A stretch of 38,676 bases of DNA from Catajapyx aquilonaris (lineage: Eukaryota): assembly GCA_000934665.2 (NCBI GenBank), contig JYFJ02003694.1, positions 1-38,676 on the forward strand. The letters are read 5' to 3'. The position numbers and the translations under genes are program-made. Below, piece after piece: positions 36,798 to 38,676 of this stretch (the stretch's first letter is position 1; each line of letters begins with the position of its first letter). Under the pieces are notes generated by a model. That model saw only the letters and a list, made by a program, of their open reading frames with translations. It made no database searches and was not told the DNA's origin.

Positions 36798-37081
36798 TGT
36801 GGCATGGTGACCCCGCTGGGTGGCCTCCGGGTCACCCGGGGGGGTCGTGTTTGTATTGCCCGCGCCTCCCCTAGGTTGGCTCCCCTGGAAAGTGGCAGTT
36901 GATGGCCGTGTGGGGAGCCGCCTAGCGGAGGGCAAGGGAGTCGAGGAGAAGCGAGTAAGCCGGAGAATAGGCCGGACGTGTATCCAGGTTTAAGAGGAAT
37001 AAACGCGAGTTGTAAGGTCCATGTGAGTATTGCTTGAGTGGTCTTGGTTCCCTGTCTAGTTGGACGGGGTTTACTGTCAAA
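36798..37081 (+). mobile_element. 5' LTR of a Ty3/gypsy retrotransposon (boundaries approximate)
   Basis: GC-rich segment that starts TGTGGCA, has AATAAA at 36998-37003 and ends TGTCA(AA) immediately before the PBS. The second LTR is outside the window, so the ends cannot be confirmed. Confidence 0.65.
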
Positions 37082-37082
37082 C

Positions 37083-37098
37083 TGGCGCCCAACGTCGG
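37083..37098 (+). promoter_or_regulatory. Primer-binding site complementary to the 3' end of tRNA-Lys
   Basis: TGGCGCCCAACGTCGG versus the tRNA-Lys(CUU) PBS TGGCGCCCAACGTGGG. Confidence 0.88.
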
Positions 37099-37301
37099 AT
37101 GCAATTTTTAGTTATTTGCATACGCCACGCGTGCTCGGTCTGACTAGGCCTGGGTGTGGTTTGGGTCTCCTCTTCATCTGTGTGAGCTGGATTCGGGTCT
37201 TTTAGGCTGGAATCTGGCCGAGGTCACTTTACTAGGGGCCTGAAGAGCATAGGTGAATCCATTTGGGCACTTGAAACCTGGTCAGGTAGTGTCCAGTTGG
37301 G

Positions 37302-38676
37302 ATGGAAAGAAAAATCCAACATGGCGGGTTTGGCGAAGCCACGCCATCGCTCACCGCTGCTCAGCGGTTGAGAGAGGGGCTCGGGCAGGCTTTGGAAGCC
37401 GGCGACGAAGAAGTGGAATTGGCCGTGGCAGCCATGATGGCCCGGTTGGTCTCCCCCTCTCCCAAAGTCACCCCTCCTTCCCCTATCGAGGTGAGGGAGG
37501 TTCGTCCATTGGTGGACTTAGGCCCGCCAACGGCCAGTGACGTAATGGTGAGCACGCCCCTAATGCCCTTTTTGGGGCATGCTCCCCCCCAGCTACCCTC
37601 TTTTGGGGACGATTGGGCCTCCCCCTCGCCGTCTATTGGAGACTGGCGAGAGCCACGTGGCGCAGGGCGGCCAGAGGGAGCTCGTAAGCTCCTGCCACCT
37701 GGTGGGAGAGAGGAGAGCAGTTCCACACCCTCTCAACAGAGGGCGGGAGCTGTCTGTCCCGAGCGCAAAAACGAGGCCCAGATATTGCCGCTCTTTTTAA
37801 AAGAGCAGCAAGCCAGTCGGTCGGTGCCTTTGAGGCGTGACGGGCCGGGGCTGGTCATAGGGCCATCTGTTCCTTTCCCGGATTTCGATCCGGCGGAGCA
37901 GAAGTCCCCGGAGGCCTTCCTAAAGGAACTCCGGCGGTACAAAGGTGCCATGAGGCTTTCTGAGGAGGAAGTCCTGGCAGAAGTGGTGCCTTATGCGCTT
38001 AAGGGAAGCGCTGCACTTTGGTGGAACCTGGTGCCCCCGCCTCGAACTATGGAGGAGTTTGAAGGCGAGTTTGAGCGGGAGTTTTTGCCCCCTCGCATGC
38101 AGGAGAAGCTCTTAGAAGAGATGATCGTGCGCAGACAGGGCGAGCAGGAACCGCTCACAGTCTTCGTAGACTGTATGGTGGAGTACCATCGCCGTGTGAA
38201 CTACCTTCTCTCTGAAGGGGAGAAGGTGGCTTTCATAGTGCATCGGATGCTCCCGTTGTATGGGAGAGAGATCCGGATGCGGGCCGTGAGCACTCTTTAT
38301 GAGCTTAGGCGTGCAGCGAAGCTCGTAGAGGAGCTCGTGAGGGAGGAGAGGGCCTTTAAGGCTCCCCTGCCGCAGCAAACTTGGGTGTTGGACTCCCTGG
38401 TGTCCTATGGTAGGGCCCAGAGAGAGCCGGCGCCAGTCGCTAGGCCAGAGGCGCCACCCTCGTGGGTGACGCCCCCTCAAGGAGGGGTCAGTCATGCTGG
38501 GGGCCTGTCGAGGCCACCCCTGGCATGCTACAGGTGCGGAGGGCCGCATTTAATAGCGGTCTGCCCAGAGCAGCCTCCCAGAGAGGGGGGTGCTCCTCAA
38601 GGGGACATGGCCCAGGGAGTTAGGTCTGACAGGCCGCCCCTGGCCTGTTGGCATTGCCAAGGGCCCCACAAGAGAT
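37302..38676 (+). CDS. gag: Ty3/gypsy Gag (capsid plus zinc knuckles), open to the window end, more than 450 aa
   Basis: Uninterrupted frame from ATG 37302 (MERKIQHGG...); it is absent from the ORF track, probably because it has no stop in the window. Capsid-like PDFDPAEQKSPEAFLKEL...ALKGSAALWW...FEREFLPP...RRQGEQEPLTVFV, then knuckles CYRCGGPHLIAVC and CWHCQGPH. Confidence 0.92.
   Translation, partial: MERKIQHGGFGEATPSLTAAQRLREGLGQALEAGDEEVELAVAAMMARLVSPSPKVTPPSPIEVREVRPLVDLGPPTASDVMVSTPLMPFLGHAPPQLPSFGDDWASPSPSIGDWREPRGAGRPEGARKLLPPGGREESSSTPSQQRAGAVCPERKNEAQILPLFLKEQQASRSVPLRRDGPGLVIGPSVPFPDFDPAEQKSPEAFLKELRRYKGAMRLSEEEVLAEVVPYALKGSAALWWNLVPPPRTMEEFEGEFEREFLPPRMQEKLLEEMIVRRQGEQEPLTVFVDCMVEYHRRVNYLLSEGEKVAFIVHRMLPLYGREIRMRAVSTLYELRRAAKLVEELVREERAFKAPLPQQTWVLDSLVSYGRAQREPAPVARPEAPPSWVTPPQGGVSHAGGLSRPPLACYRCGGPHLIAVCPEQPPREGGAPQGDMAQGVRSDRPPLACWHCQGPHKR

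Noticed and set aside
37302..38676. Domesticated Arc-like capsid gene
   Set aside because: It is preceded by an LTR-like segment and a PBS, has no introns and runs off the window like a retrotransposon ORF; nothing indicates domestication.
1..38676. CRISPR array or prokaryotic-type defence locus
   Set aside because: No regularly spaced direct repeats with unique spacers and no operon-like ORFs; the genes are spliced eukaryotic genes.

Overview
AT-rich eukaryotic genomic DNA, most likely from an arthropod (inferred from gene content, about 60-nt introns and the repeat families). There are three spliced host genes. (1) A + strand gene (CDS 14026-15246, 3 coding exons, 315 aa) encodes a signal-peptide-bearing, acidic, neuropeptide/granin-like precursor with dibasic sites; a candidate TATA promoter and non-coding exon 1 lie at about 8920-9046. 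(2) TAF7 (TFIID subunit 7) is on the - strand, 8 exons, 17959-20399. (3) SPRTN (Spartan DNA-protein-crosslink protease) is on the - strand, 2 coding exons, 30174-35114. The window ends in the 5' part of a Ty3/gypsy LTR retrotransposon (LTR, tRNA-Lys PBS, open gag). Most of the rest is non-autonomous elements: Tc1/mariner, piggyBac, hAT, Harbinger and MULE-like MITEs, a fold-back mariner derivative and five tRNA-derived SINEs. The most notable unexplained structures are a roughly 370-bp poly(A) cassette duplicated downstream of both SPRTN and TAF7 that brackets the TAF7 block, a tandemly duplicated TAF7 promoter, and three SINEs with different bodies but a shared 3' stem-loop tail. All alignments and translations were done by eye; no database search was run.
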